DNA of 64,000 nucleotides from an uncultured delta proteobacterium. GTDB lineage: Bacteria; Desulfobacterota; Binatia; HRBIN30; BPIQ01. Under the pieces are notes generated by a model that worked only from the letters and a program-made list of their open reading frames with translations, was not told where the DNA came from and did not search any database. Positions 39,538-48,103 of the stretch are shown piece after piece (the first letter of the stretch is position 1; each line of letters opens with the position of its first letter). Made by a program: the position numbers and the translations under genes. The DNA lies in contig CAVXGR010000016.1 of the NCBI GenBank assembly GCA_963761335.1, positions 192,001 through 256,000 of the forward strand. The letters are read 5' to 3'.

Positions 39538-39659
39538 GAGGCTGTCTCAAAACCGGAGTAGAAGCGCCGTCCCGGCGCTTTCCGAAGCGGCGAGACGCCG
39601 CTTCTACCTTGGCGCCCGCGAGCCGGCGGAGTGGTTTTGCCGGGTTTTGAGACGGCATC
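39538..39659. mobile_element. 122-bp MITE with 17-bp TIRs and 4-bp target-site duplication
   Basis: GAGGCTGTCTCAAAACC (39538-39554) / GGTTTTGAGACGGCATC (39643-39659), 15/17 complementary; TGAC direct repeat at 39534-39537 and 39660-39663. Confidence 0.85.
39558..39607. repeat. GTAG-type REP doublet (REPIN-like)
   Basis: GTAG-AAGCGCCG-TCC-CGGCGCTT and inverted AAGCGGCG-AGA-CGCCGCTT-CTAC, 4 nt apart. Confidence 0.75.
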
Positions 39660-39698
39660 TGACCCCCGGGGCTACACGCCGGCGCCCCTGACGGGGCG

Positions 39699-39738
39699 GA
39701 GAAACCGAGAAACCGAGAAACCGAGAAACCGAGAAACC
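39699..39738 (+). repeat. Tandem octamer (GAGAAACC)x5
   Basis: Five perfect copies. Confidence 0.95.
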
Positions 39739-39747
39739 TCAGAGAAC

Positions 39748-40845
39748 CTAGCGCGCCACTTCGCGATAGAGGCCGAGGATGGTCTCCGCCACCCGGCGCC
39801 AGGTGAACTCGGCGGCGCGCTCGAGGCCGCGCCGGCGCATCTCCCGGCGGAGCGAGGCGCTGCCGGCGACCTCGACGAGAGCGTCGGCCATGGCGGTGAC
39901 GTCGGCGGGGTCGACGAGCACCGCCGCCGCCTCGCAGACCTCGGGAAGCGAGGTGGTCGAAGCGGTGATCAGCGGCGCGCCGCAGGCCATCGCTTCGAGC
40001 GCCGGCAGGCCGAAGCCTTCGAGCTCGCTCGGGAAGAAGTAGAGCAGGCTGCCGCTCATCAGCGCCGGGTAATCCTCGTCGGCGACGAAGCCGAGGAAGC
40101 GAACCCGGCTCTGCGCGCCGGCCTGGCGCACCAGCTCGCGGACCTCCATCTCGAGCGGGCCGCCGCTCCCCGAGAGCGCCAGGGTCGTATCGCTCGGCAG
40201 CTTGTCCAGGGCGGCGACGAAGGCGCGCGCGGCTCCCAGGGCGTTCTTGCGGCGCCCGAAGCCGCCGCCGAAGAGAATGTAGGGAGAGCCGAGGTCATAG
40301 CGCTCCCGCGCCGCGCCGGCGGCCGACTCCGGCTGCGGCGTGTAGCCCGGGCTTGCCGCCAGCGGCACGACGCGCACGCGCCCGGGCGCCACGCCGAGGA
40401 GGCGGACGATCTCGGCCTTGGAGAACTCGGAGAGCGTCATGATCAGTCGCGAGCGCTCGGCGACGTCGCGATAGCGCCTCTGCCAGCGCTCCCGCGTGCG
40501 CGTCGATCCCATGTCCGGCCGCGACAGGTAGAAGATGTCGTGCAGGGTTCCCAGGTAGGGCACCAGGTCGCGGTATCCGGGCAGCCGCTGGTAGGTCGGA
40601 TGATAGACGTCGAGGCTGCGGAACAGCCGGCGATTGAACGGCTCCTGGATGATGCGGATGTGAAAACGCGGGTCCTGCGGTCGCCAGAGCAGCTGCGGCC
40701 GCTTGAGGGCGCGCGGTCGATAGCACAGATAGAACTGGTGCGCGCCGCCGATCTCGGCGAGGTTGAGAACCAGATTGTAGATGAAGCGCGAGATGCCGAC
40801 GATGCGGGTCTGCGCCAGCACGGTGGCGTCGATACCGATCCTCAA
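39748..40845 (-). CDS. GT4 glycosyltransferase
   Basis: TTG start with GGAGGAG SD; RIGIDA...GI.R, TLHD, TLSEFSK.EI, RKN, FPS..EGFGLPALEAMACGAP. Confidence 0.9.
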   Translation of the reverse strand: MRIGIDATVLAQTRIVGISRFIYNLVLNLAEIGGAHQFYLCYRPRALKRPQLLWRPQDPRFHIRIIQEPFNRRLFRSLDVYHPTYQRLPGYRDLVPYLGTLHDIFYLSRPDMGSTRTRERWQRRYRDVAERSRLIMTLSEFSKAEIVRLLGVAPGRVRVVPLAASPGYTPQPESAAGAARERYDLGSPYILFGGGFGRRKNALGAARAFVAALDKLPSDTTLALSGSGGPLEMEVRELVRQAGAQSRVRFLGFVADEDYPALMSGSLLYFFPSELEGFGLPALEAMACGAPLITASTTSLPEVCEAAAVLVDPADVTAMADALVEVAGSASLRREMRRRGLERAAEFTWRRVAETILGLYREVAR

Positions 40846-40938
40846 GGAAGCTCCTCCGCCGCCGCTTTCGCGCCCACCGCCGTTCTCTCCGGGCGCGCAG
40901 TGTTCCCCAACCCCTGCGGCAACGCAACCGCAACGGCG

Positions 40939-40967
40939 TTGACCCCCCGCCGGTCGTGCGATATTCG
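40939..40967 (+). promoter_or_regulatory. Putative sigma70 promoter for hldA-yicC
   Basis: TTGACC-N17-TATTCG, ending 19 nt before ATG 40987. Confidence 0.55.
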
Positions 40968-40986
40968 CGCCTCGCATGCGAGGACA

Positions 40987-41982
40987 ATGAAGAAGGGGGC
41001 CGGCAATCGAGCCACACTGCTACAGATCATCCGGCGATTCGCCACTGGGCGGGTCCTCGTGGTCGGCGACGTGATGCTCGATCAGTTCATCTGGGGTCGC
41101 GTCGAGCGCATCTCGCCGGAGGCGCCGGTGCCGGTGGTGCACGTCACCGGAGAGAGCTTTCACCTCGGCGGGGCCGCCAACGTGGCTCACAACATTCGCG
41201 CCCTGGGCGGCCGCTCCGCCGTCTGCGGCACCGTCGGCCGCGACGAGGCGGGCCGCCGCATCCTCGCCGATCTGAAGCGCATCGGCGCCGGCACCACCGG
41301 CATGGTCACCTCGACGAACGCGCCCACGGCGCGCAAGACGCGAGTGATTGCCCACAATCAGCAGGTGGTGCGCATCGATCGCGAGCGCACCGACGGGAGC
41401 ATCTCGGCGCGCTCCCGTCTGGTGCGCTACCTCGAGCGGCACGTCACCGGCTTCGACGCGGTGGTGGTCTCCGATTACGGCAAGGGGGTGATCACCGAGG
41501 ATCTCCTCGCGGTCCTGCGGGCCGTGCGTGCCCGCCGGCCCTTTCGCCTGATCGTCGACCCGAAGAAGGCGAACTTCGATCACTATCGAGGCATCACCCT
41601 GGCAACGCCGAACCTCGGCGAGGCCGCCGATGCCGCCGGCATCGCCATACGCGACGCCCAGAGCCTGCGCACCGCCGGCACTCGACTGCTGGAGCGGTGG
41701 GACGCCGAGGCGGTACTGGTGACCCGTGGCGAGGAGGGCATGACGCTGTTCACCCGGCAGGGACGCGTGCGTCACCTGCCGACCACGGCGCGGCAGGTGT
41801 TCGACGTCACCGGTGCCGGCGACACCGTGGTGGCCACCTGTGCCCTGGGTCTCGCCGCCGGCGCCGGGCTCGACGAAGCGGCGCTGCTGGCCAACTATGC
41901 CGCCGGCGTCGTGGTGGGCAAGGTGGGTACGGCGGCGGTGTCGGCACGCGAGCTCCGCGAGGAGATCGGCCGCACCCGCTGA
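40987..41982 (+). CDS. rfaE1: D-glycero-beta-D-manno-heptose-7-phosphate kinase (HldA)
   Basis: VVGDVMLDQF.WG.VERISPEAPVPV, GGAANVA, QQVVRIDRE, SDYGKG, VDPK, TPN..E, VFDVTGAGDTV. Confidence 0.95.
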   Translation: MKKGAGNRATLLQIIRRFATGRVLVVGDVMLDQFIWGRVERISPEAPVPVVHVTGESFHLGGAANVAHNIRALGGRSAVCGTVGRDEAGRRILADLKRIGAGTTGMVTSTNAPTARKTRVIAHNQQVVRIDRERTDGSISARSRLVRYLERHVTGFDAVVVSDYGKGVITEDLLAVLRAVRARRPFRLIVDPKKANFDHYRGITLATPNLGEAADAAGIAIRDAQSLRTAGTRLLERWDAEAVLVTRGEEGMTLFTRQGRVRHLPTTARQVFDVTGAGDTVVATCALGLAAGAGLDEAALLANYAAGVVVGKVGTAAVSARELREEIGRTR

Positions 41983-42022
41983 GCGCGGGGCCGGCGGGGC
42001 AGAGAGACGCAAGGGGGCATCG

Positions 42023-42901
42023 ATGCGCAGCATGACCGGATACGGACAGGCGGCCTGGCAGCGGGGCGGACGGGCGATCACCGTCGAGATCCGCGCCGTC
42101 AACCAGAGATTTCTCGAGGTGCGGCTCAACATGCCGCGCGAGTACCTGGCATGGGAGAGCGAGCTGCGCGGTCTGGTGCAGGAGCAGGTGGCCCGCGGCA
42201 AGGTCGACGTCTCCATCAATCGCGGCCGCGGCGGCGCCGAGCCAGCCCAGGTCGAGGCCAACGTCGAGCTGGCGCGCGCCTATCTCGCGGGCTGGCAGAA
42301 GCTGCAGAAGGCGCTCAAGCTGCCGGGCACGATCGATCTGGCGCTGCTGCAGAGCCGCGCTCCGGATCTGGTGCGGGTCACCGAGCGGCGCCTCGATGCC
42401 GGCGCCGAGATCGACCCGCTGCGGCAGACTCTGCGGCGCGCCCTCGAGAGCTTCAACCGCGAGCGGCTGCGCGAAGGGCGCGCCCTTGCCCGTGACATGC
42501 TGGCGCGGGTGCGCCACTTGCGCCAGCTGGAGGGACAGCTCTCGCGCCGCGCCGAGGTGCTGACCCCGCAGTTTGCCGCTCGCCTGCGCGAGCGCCTCGG
42601 CAACCTGATGAGCGGCAGCGGCATCAGCGAGGAGCGGCTCGCCCAGGAAGCGGCGGTGCTTGCCGACCGCAGCGACGTCACCGAGGAGCTGGTGCGCCTG
42701 CGCAGCCATCTGGAGGCGCTCGGCACCCTGCTGCGCGGCGGCGAGCCGGCGGGGAAGAAGCTCGACTTCCTGCTCCAGGAGGTGCATCGCGAGGTCAATA
42801 CCATCGCCTCGAAGAGCGCCGATCTGGCGGTGACCAACCTGACCGTGGAAGCCCGCGCCGAGATCGAGCGGCTGCGCGAGCAGGCGCAGAACATCGAGTG
42901 A
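42023..42901 (+). CDS. yicC: YicC/YloC family endoribonuclease
   Basis: MRSMTGYG, EIRAVNQRFLE, RGKVD, DVTEELVRL.SH, GKKLDFLLQE..RE.NT..SK, ERLREQAQNIE. Confidence 0.95.
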   Translation: MRSMTGYGQAAWQRGGRAITVEIRAVNQRFLEVRLNMPREYLAWESELRGLVQEQVARGKVDVSINRGRGGAEPAQVEANVELARAYLAGWQKLQKALKLPGTIDLALLQSRAPDLVRVTERRLDAGAEIDPLRQTLRRALESFNRERLREGRALARDMLARVRHLRQLEGQLSRRAEVLTPQFAARLRERLGNLMSGSGISEERLAQEAAVLADRSDVTEELVRLRSHLEALGTLLRGGEPAGKKLDFLLQEVHREVNTIASKSADLAVTNLTVEARAEIERLREQAQNIE

Positions 42902-44292
42902 CCTCCGAGCGCCGGGAGATCGCCCTCTCGCCGCGCGCCATCGCCACCCTGGCGTGGTTTCTCTACGCTGCCATCTGCGCCGCCTCCTGGGTGAAGGGCG
43001 ATGCCGCCAGCAACGACTTCGAGCGCCTCGGCGACCTCCGCCTGACGGCCGTCTTCTTCACCCTCTTCGCCGGGTTGGCGGCTCTCTACATCGCTCTGGA
43101 GGAGTCGCCGGAGGTGCCGTCCTGGCGCCGGCTCGGCGCCGTCGCGGCGGCCTTCGCATTGCCCTTGCTGGCGACCTTCCCGATCGGCTCGCGCGACATC
43201 TTCGCCTACGTCTTCTTCGGGAAGATGTGGGCCGCTTACGGCCTCAACCCCTACCTGCACGCCCCCAGCGAGCTGTCCTCGGATCCCTGGTTTCATCTCC
43301 TTCAGGCGTGGTGGAAGGACGCCTCCATCGCCTACGGGCCGCTCTTCGCCCTCGAGTCGCGCCTTCTATACGACACCTCGGGAGATCACATCGTCGCTGC
43401 GGTGGCGGCCTTCAAGCTCTTCAACCTCGCCCTGCTGCCGCTCTCGGTCTGGGGCGTGGCGGCACTCGCCGCGGATTCTTCCCCGGCCGAGCCGGCGGCG
43501 CCACGGCGTGCGGCGCTGCTGTGGGCCTGGTCGCCGCTGCTGCTCTTCGAGTCGCTCGCCTGCGGCCACAACGATCTGGCGATGACCGTGCTGCTCCTCG
43601 GCGCCGTGCTCCTCTGGCTGCGCGATCACTGGATCGGTAGCTGGGTCCTGCTGGCCCTCTCCTTCTGGTACAAGATGTACAGCGTCGTCCTGCTGCCGCT
43701 CTGGCTCTTCTGGACGATTCGGCGGGGTGGCTGGCGGGTGACGCTGAGCTGGGTTGCCGCGGGCGCGGCGGTGTGCACGGCCGTATCGGCGGTATTGCTC
43801 GGCCCATTCTACGGACATCTGAGCGAGATGCTCGTCCGCGCCGTACATCATCCGGTCGGCGGCCTTCTCTTGCCGACCGAGCTGCCGCCGCCGCTCTGGC
43901 CGCTGTTCCGCGTCTTCGAGGCCGCCGGCCTGCTCGCTTCCTCCGGAGGACGAGCCGCCTTCGGCGCCGTGCGTATCGGGCTGTTCGCAGCGGGCCTTGC
44001 AGGTCTCATGTGGCGGCGACGCGACTGCCCGTATGGACCAAGGGCATTCGTCGAGGATATGGCCTGGAGCCTGGCCCTCTTCTTCAGCTTCGGCGTCGCC
44101 GTCCTCTATCCGTGGCATCTGCTGCCGCTCTGCGCCTTCGCGGTGGCCAGCGCCCGGCATTCCCTCGAGCGCACTGCCGCGCTGGTGACGGCGCTCGGCC
44201 TGCTCAGCTACTTTCTCACCTTCCTCTGGGCGGCGATCCTGTGCGCCGCCATCGGCGTCGCTCTCGTCGCCATGCGCTACAGGGGGCGGTGA
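42898..44292 (+). CDS. GT-C polytopic glycosyltransferase (MptA/MptB- or GT87-like)
   Basis: About 11 TM segments; SRDIFAY...G....GLNPY..P, YGPL, WAWSPL...E....GHND, YPWH. Confidence 0.75.
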   Translation: MTSERREIALSPRAIATLAWFLYAAICAASWVKGDAASNDFERLGDLRLTAVFFTLFAGLAALYIALEESPEVPSWRRLGAVAAAFALPLLATFPIGSRDIFAYVFFGKMWAAYGLNPYLHAPSELSSDPWFHLLQAWWKDASIAYGPLFALESRLLYDTSGDHIVAAVAAFKLFNLALLPLSVWGVAALAADSSPAEPAAPRRAALLWAWSPLLLFESLACGHNDLAMTVLLLGAVLLWLRDHWIGSWVLLALSFWYKMYSVVLLPLWLFWTIRRGGWRVTLSWVAAGAAVCTAVSAVLLGPFYGHLSEMLVRAVHHPVGGLLLPTELPPPLWPLFRVFEAAGLLASSGGRAAFGAVRIGLFAAGLAGLMWRRRDCPYGPRAFVEDMAWSLALFFSFGVAVLYPWHLLPLCAFAVASARHSLERTAALVTALGLLSYFLTFLWAAILCAAIGVALVAMRYRGR

Positions 44293-44334
44293 AGAAGCCT
44301 CAGTTGCCAGGGGAGCCGCGCTCCCCGGCGAGTC

Positions 44335-44537
44335 GTGTCCTGAATTCCCCCGACGCCGGATGTTGACGAGGGCGATTGGCTGTCTTCCGGTCGATGCGGG
44401 CGTGGTCGGGGGTGAGGGTGCCGATCTCCTTGAACGCCGCGAAGATCCACCAGCCTTGTTCCTCTCCCGCAGGCAATGCGGGAGAGGAGACCCGGAGTGC
44501 GGCGCCGGAAGAAGTCGCAGACGTCGAATTGGGACAC
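44335..44537. repeat. Composite structured intergenic element
   Basis: Bounded by GTGTCCTGAATTC / GAATTGGGACAC; internal TCTTCCGG/CCGGAAGA pair and CCTCTCCCGC-N7-GCGGGAGAGG hairpin (44461-44487). Confidence 0.55.
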
Positions 44538-44590
44538 TACCCCCCGGGGCGACGGCGTTGTCCCCTTTGCCGGGTCGTGATTATTATACG

Positions 44591-45145
44591 ATGGTGTTGA
44601 TCACGATTTCCGGCACTCCGGGCAGTGGCAAGACCACCGTGGCGCGCCTTTTGGCCAAGCGCCTCGCCCTGCCGCACATCTACGCCGGCGACCTCTTCCG
44701 CCGCGAGGCGGAGAGGCGCAGGCTGTCCCTCGCCGACTTCAACGCCCTGGCGGAGAGCGATCACTCCATCGACCGCGATCTGGACGCCAGGATGGCCGCC
44801 TACGCCCGTGAAGGCAGCAGCGTGCTCGAGGGGCGGCTGGCCGGATACATCGCGCGCCAGGAAGGAGTCCCGGCGCTCAAGGTATGGCTGCACGCCGACG
44901 ACGCCGTGCGCGCCCGCCGGGTCGCCGACCGCGAAGGCAGCGACTGGCGCGCCGTGCTCGAAGACAACCGCGTGCGGCAGCGGTCGGACGCCAAGAGGTA
45001 TCTCGAGATCTACAGCTGGGATCTGGAGGACACCTCGATCTATGACGTGGTCCTCGAGACCGACGCCTCCTCCCCCGAGGAGATCGCCGAGCATATCCTC
45101 AAACGCCTCGCCATGGACTCCCCCGGCAGAGGAGAGCGCCCGTGA
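44591..45145 (+). CDS. Archaeal-type (type 2) cytidylate kinase family protein
   Basis: ITISGTPGSGKTT, AGDLFR..A, F...AE....ID..LD, VLEGRLAG, KVWL.A....RA.RV..RE, RY...Y..D..D.SIYD. Confidence 0.88.
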   Translation: MVLITISGTPGSGKTTVARLLAKRLALPHIYAGDLFRREAERRRLSLADFNALAESDHSIDRDLDARMAAYAREGSSVLEGRLAGYIARQEGVPALKVWLHADDAVRARRVADREGSDWRAVLEDNRVRQRSDAKRYLEIYSWDLEDTSIYDVVLETDASSPEEIAEHILKRLAMDSPGRGERP

Positions 45146-47286
45146 AGGTCGGCGAGCTGGTGGAGAAGGTCCGCCAGTACAACAGTGGCGCCGACCTCGA
45201 GCTCATTCGCCGCGCCTATGCCTTTTCGGCGGAGGTGCACAAGGGCCAGAAACGCCGCTCCGGAGAGCCCTACCTGACGCATCCCGTGCAGGTGGCGGCG
45301 ATCATCGCCGATCTGAAGCTCGACGTCTCCAGCATCGCCACCGGCCTGTTGCACGACACCGTCGAGGATACCCTGACCACGGTTGACCAGGTGCAGGGCC
45401 TCTTCGGTCGCGAGATCGCCGAGCTGGTGGACGGGGTCACCAAGATCAGCCAGATCAACTTCACCAGCCGCGAGGAGAAGCAGGCGGAGAACTTCCGCAA
45501 GATGATCCTGGCGATGGCCCGCGACATCCGCGTCATCCTCATCAAGCTCGCCGACCGCACCCACAACATGCGCACCCTGGCGCATCTGTCGCCGGAGCGC
45601 CAGCACGACATCGCCCAGGAGACGCTCGACATCTACGCGCCGCTGGCGCACCGGTTGGGCATCTACTGGATCAAGAGCGAGCTCGAGGACAATGCCCTGC
45701 GCTTCCTGCGCCCGGAGGTGTACTACCAGCTGAAGCGCAACGTCGCCAAGAAGCGCACCGAGCGCGAGCGCTACATCAAGGAGGTCAGCGACATCCTCTC
45801 GAAGAAGATGGCCGCCGCCGAGATCGATGCCGAGATCTCCGGCCGGCCGAAGCACTTCTACTCCATCTACAAGAAGATGCAGTCGCAGAACGTGCTCTTC
45901 GACCAGATCTACGATCTGGTGGCCTTCCGCATCGTCGTCGACTCGGTGCGCGAGTGCTACGAGGCCCTCGGCGTGGTGCACGCCAACTGGAAGCCGATCC
46001 CCTCGCGCTTCAAGGACTTCATCGCGTTGCCCAAGGCGAACATGTACCAGTCGCTGCACACCACCGTGATCGGTCCTTACGGCGAGCGCATGGAGGTGCA
46101 GATCCGCACCCACGAGATGCACCGCGTGGCCGAGGAGGGCATCGCCGCCCACTGGCGCTACAAGGACGGCACGGCGGACAACGACGACACGCAGCGCTTC
46201 GCCTGGCTGCGGCAGCTGCTCGAATGGCAGCAGCACGTGCAGGACCCGCAGGAGTTCATGGGCTCGATCAAGGAGGACCTGTTCAGCGACGAGGTCTTCG
46301 TGTTCACGCCCAAGGGGGACCTGCTGAACTTCCCGGACGGCGCCAGCGTGGTCGACTTCGCCTATCGCATTCACTCCGAGGTGGGGCATCACTGCGCCGG
46401 CGCGCGGGTCAACGGGCGCCTGGTGCCCTTCCGTTACCGCCTGCGCAACGGCGACACGGTGGAGATCGTCACCACCGCCAGCCAGACGCCCAGCAAGGAC
46501 TGGTTGAAGTTCGTCAAGACCTCGCGGGCCAAGTCGCGCATCCGCAACTGGATCAAGTTCCAGCAGCACACGCGCAGTCTGGCGCTCGGCCGCGAGCTGC
46601 TCGAGCGCGACCTCGGGCGCCACGAGCTCAGCTTGGCGAAGCTGCGCAAGCACCAGCAGATGCACTCGCTGCTGGCGGCTCTCGCGATGCGCGACGAGGA
46701 CTCGCTGCTGGCGGCGGTCGGCTACGGCAGGATCACCACCCGGCAGGTGCTGGCGCGGCTGCTGCCCGCCGAGCAGCTCGACGACGGCCGGGCGCGCGAG
46801 GAGGGCGCCCTGCGCCGCCTCTTCCGCATGGTGTCGCGGCAGAACAAGGCCGGCGTTGCCGTCAGCGGCGTGGGCGACATGCTGGTGCGCTTCGGCAAGT
46901 GCTGCGATCCGCTTCCCGGCGAGCGCATCCTCGGCTTCATTACCCTCGGGCGCGGCGTCACCGTGCACGCCATCGATTGCCCGCGCGTCCTCGAGAGCGA
47001 TCCACAGCGGCGCGTCGACGTCGTCTGGGAGAACGGCGCCAACCACCTGCGGCCGGTGCGCGTCGAGGTGGTGTGCATCGATGAGCCGGGGCTCCTGGCC
47101 GGTATCACCAAGGCGATCAGCTCGGTGGGCGTGAACATCACCCGCGCCGAGGTGCGCAGCATGCCCGACAAGAAGGCGGTGAACAGCTTCGAGCTGATGG
47201 TCAGCACGGCCGAGCAGCTGAACCGCGTCATGCGCGCTCTCGGCAAGGTGCGCGGCGTGATGCGGGTGGGGCGGGCGCGAAGCTGA
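45142..47286 (+). CDS. spoT: Bifunctional (p)ppGpp synthetase/hydrolase (Rel)
   Basis: HD domain (H.GQ.R.SGEPY, LHDTVED), synthetase (GRPKH.YSI, RFKD, YQSLHT, EVQIRT), TGS, ZFD (KCC.P, H...C), ACT. Confidence 0.96.
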   Translation: MKVGELVEKVRQYNSGADLELIRRAYAFSAEVHKGQKRRSGEPYLTHPVQVAAIIADLKLDVSSIATGLLHDTVEDTLTTVDQVQGLFGREIAELVDGVTKISQINFTSREEKQAENFRKMILAMARDIRVILIKLADRTHNMRTLAHLSPERQHDIAQETLDIYAPLAHRLGIYWIKSELEDNALRFLRPEVYYQLKRNVAKKRTERERYIKEVSDILSKKMAAAEIDAEISGRPKHFYSIYKKMQSQNVLFDQIYDLVAFRIVVDSVRECYEALGVVHANWKPIPSRFKDFIALPKANMYQSLHTTVIGPYGERMEVQIRTHEMHRVAEEGIAAHWRYKDGTADNDDTQRFAWLRQLLEWQQHVQDPQEFMGSIKEDLFSDEVFVFTPKGDLLNFPDGASVVDFAYRIHSEVGHHCAGARVNGRLVPFRYRLRNGDTVEIVTTASQTPSKDWLKFVKTSRAKSRIRNWIKFQQHTRSLALGRELLERDLGRHELSLAKLRKHQQMHSLLAALAMRDEDSLLAAVGYGRITTRQVLARLLPAEQLDDGRAREEGALRRLFRMVSRQNKAGVAVSGVGDMLVRFGKCCDPLPGERILGFITLGRGVTVHAIDCPRVLESDPQRRVDVVWENGANHLRPVRVEVVCIDEPGLLAGITKAISSVGVNITRAEVRSMPDKKAVNSFELMVSTAEQLNRVMRALGKVRGVMRVGRARS

Positions 47287-47301
47287 TCAACGGGGGGAGC
47301 G

Positions 47302-47688
47302 ATGAAGCGAGCCGTTCACAGCACCGCGGCGCCCAAGGCGATCGGCCCCTATGCACAGGCGGTGGCCAGCGGCGATCTTCTGTTTCTCTCCGGACAGATC
47401 GGGCTCGACGCCGCCGGTGCGCTGGTCCCCGGCGGCGTCGAGCCGCAGGCGCGGCAGGTGCTCGACAACCTGCGCGCCGTGCTCGAGGCCGAGGGGCTCG
47501 ACCTCGATGCGGTGGTGAAGACGACCATCTACCTCGCCGATCTCGCCGACTTTCCCGCCGTCAACGACGTCTACGCCTCGTACTTCTCGGAGCCGTACCC
47601 GGCCCGCGCTACGGTCGGCGTCGCCGCTTTGCCGCGCGCCGCCCGCATCGAGATTGACGCCATCGCCGTGCGCTCGCCGCGCCGGTGA
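47302..47688 (+). CDS. ridA: RidA/YjgF family enamine deaminase
   Basis: APKAIGPY.QA, FLSGQI, VVKTTIYL.D..DF..VN.VY, PARATV.V..LP, IEID.IA. Confidence 0.93.
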   Translation: MKRAVHSTAAPKAIGPYAQAVASGDLLFLSGQIGLDAAGALVPGGVEPQARQVLDNLRAVLEAEGLDLDAVVKTTIYLADLADFPAVNDVYASYFSEPYPARATVGVAALPRAARIEIDAIAVRSPRR

Positions 47689-47713
47689 GGCCCGCTGGCC
47701 CCCGGGGGTTGAA

Positions 47714-47774
47714 GAGGCCGTCTCAAAACCCCTTCAAGACGATTCCCGCCGGCTCGCGGCCCGAGTAGAAGCGG
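47714..47774. mobile_element. Truncated copy of the 39538 MITE (one TIR)
   Basis: GAGGCCGTCTCAAAACC...CCGCCGGCTCGCGG...GTAGAAGCGG matches the reverse complement of 39598-39659. Confidence 0.75.
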
Positions 47775-47803
47775 TTGCCCCACTCGGTCGGGCGTGATAG
47801 CAA
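47775..47803 (+). promoter_or_regulatory. Putative rpmB promoter
   Basis: TTGCCC-N17-TAGCAA with TG upstream of -10; GAGGAG SD follows. Confidence 0.5.
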
Positions 47804-47827
47804 TCAACGTTTCCGAGGAGATTTTCG

Positions 47828-48019
47828 ATGGCTCGCATGTGTCAGCTCTGTGGCAAACAGGCATCGGTAGGTAACAACGTCAGTCACGCCAACAACCGCA
47901 GCAAACGGTTGTGGCGCCCGAACCTGCAGCGCGTCCGCGCTAAAGTCGAGGGCTCAGTGAGGCGCATCTGGGCCTGTACCCGCTGCATCCGCTCGGGCAA
48001 GGTCCTCAAGGCCGCCTGA
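47828..48019 (+). CDS. rpmB: 50S ribosomal protein L28 (Cys-containing form)
   Basis: [10 protein letters not shown]...[19 protein letters not shown]...CTRCIRSG. Confidence 0.97.
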   Translation: MARMCQLCGKQASVGNNVSHANNRSKRLWRPNLQRVRAKVEGSVRRIWACTRCIRSGKVLKAA

Positions 48020-48103
48020 GTCCCACGCCGGTCAGCCCTGGCCGATCGGCCCGGCCGCGTAGCCGCGGCCCTTCTGCTTCTCCGCCGCCACGGGAGGATC
48101 GAA

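Larger units (their letters stand above)
39472..39698. repeat. Multi-hairpin palindromic intergenic element, interrupted by a MITE
   Basis: Flanks ATGTGCCCGCGCCCCTGACGGGGCGCG...CCCCGGGT and CCCGGGGCTACACGCC..CGCCCCT..CGGGGCG match the reverse complement of the uninterrupted copy at 54084-54181. Confidence 0.8.
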
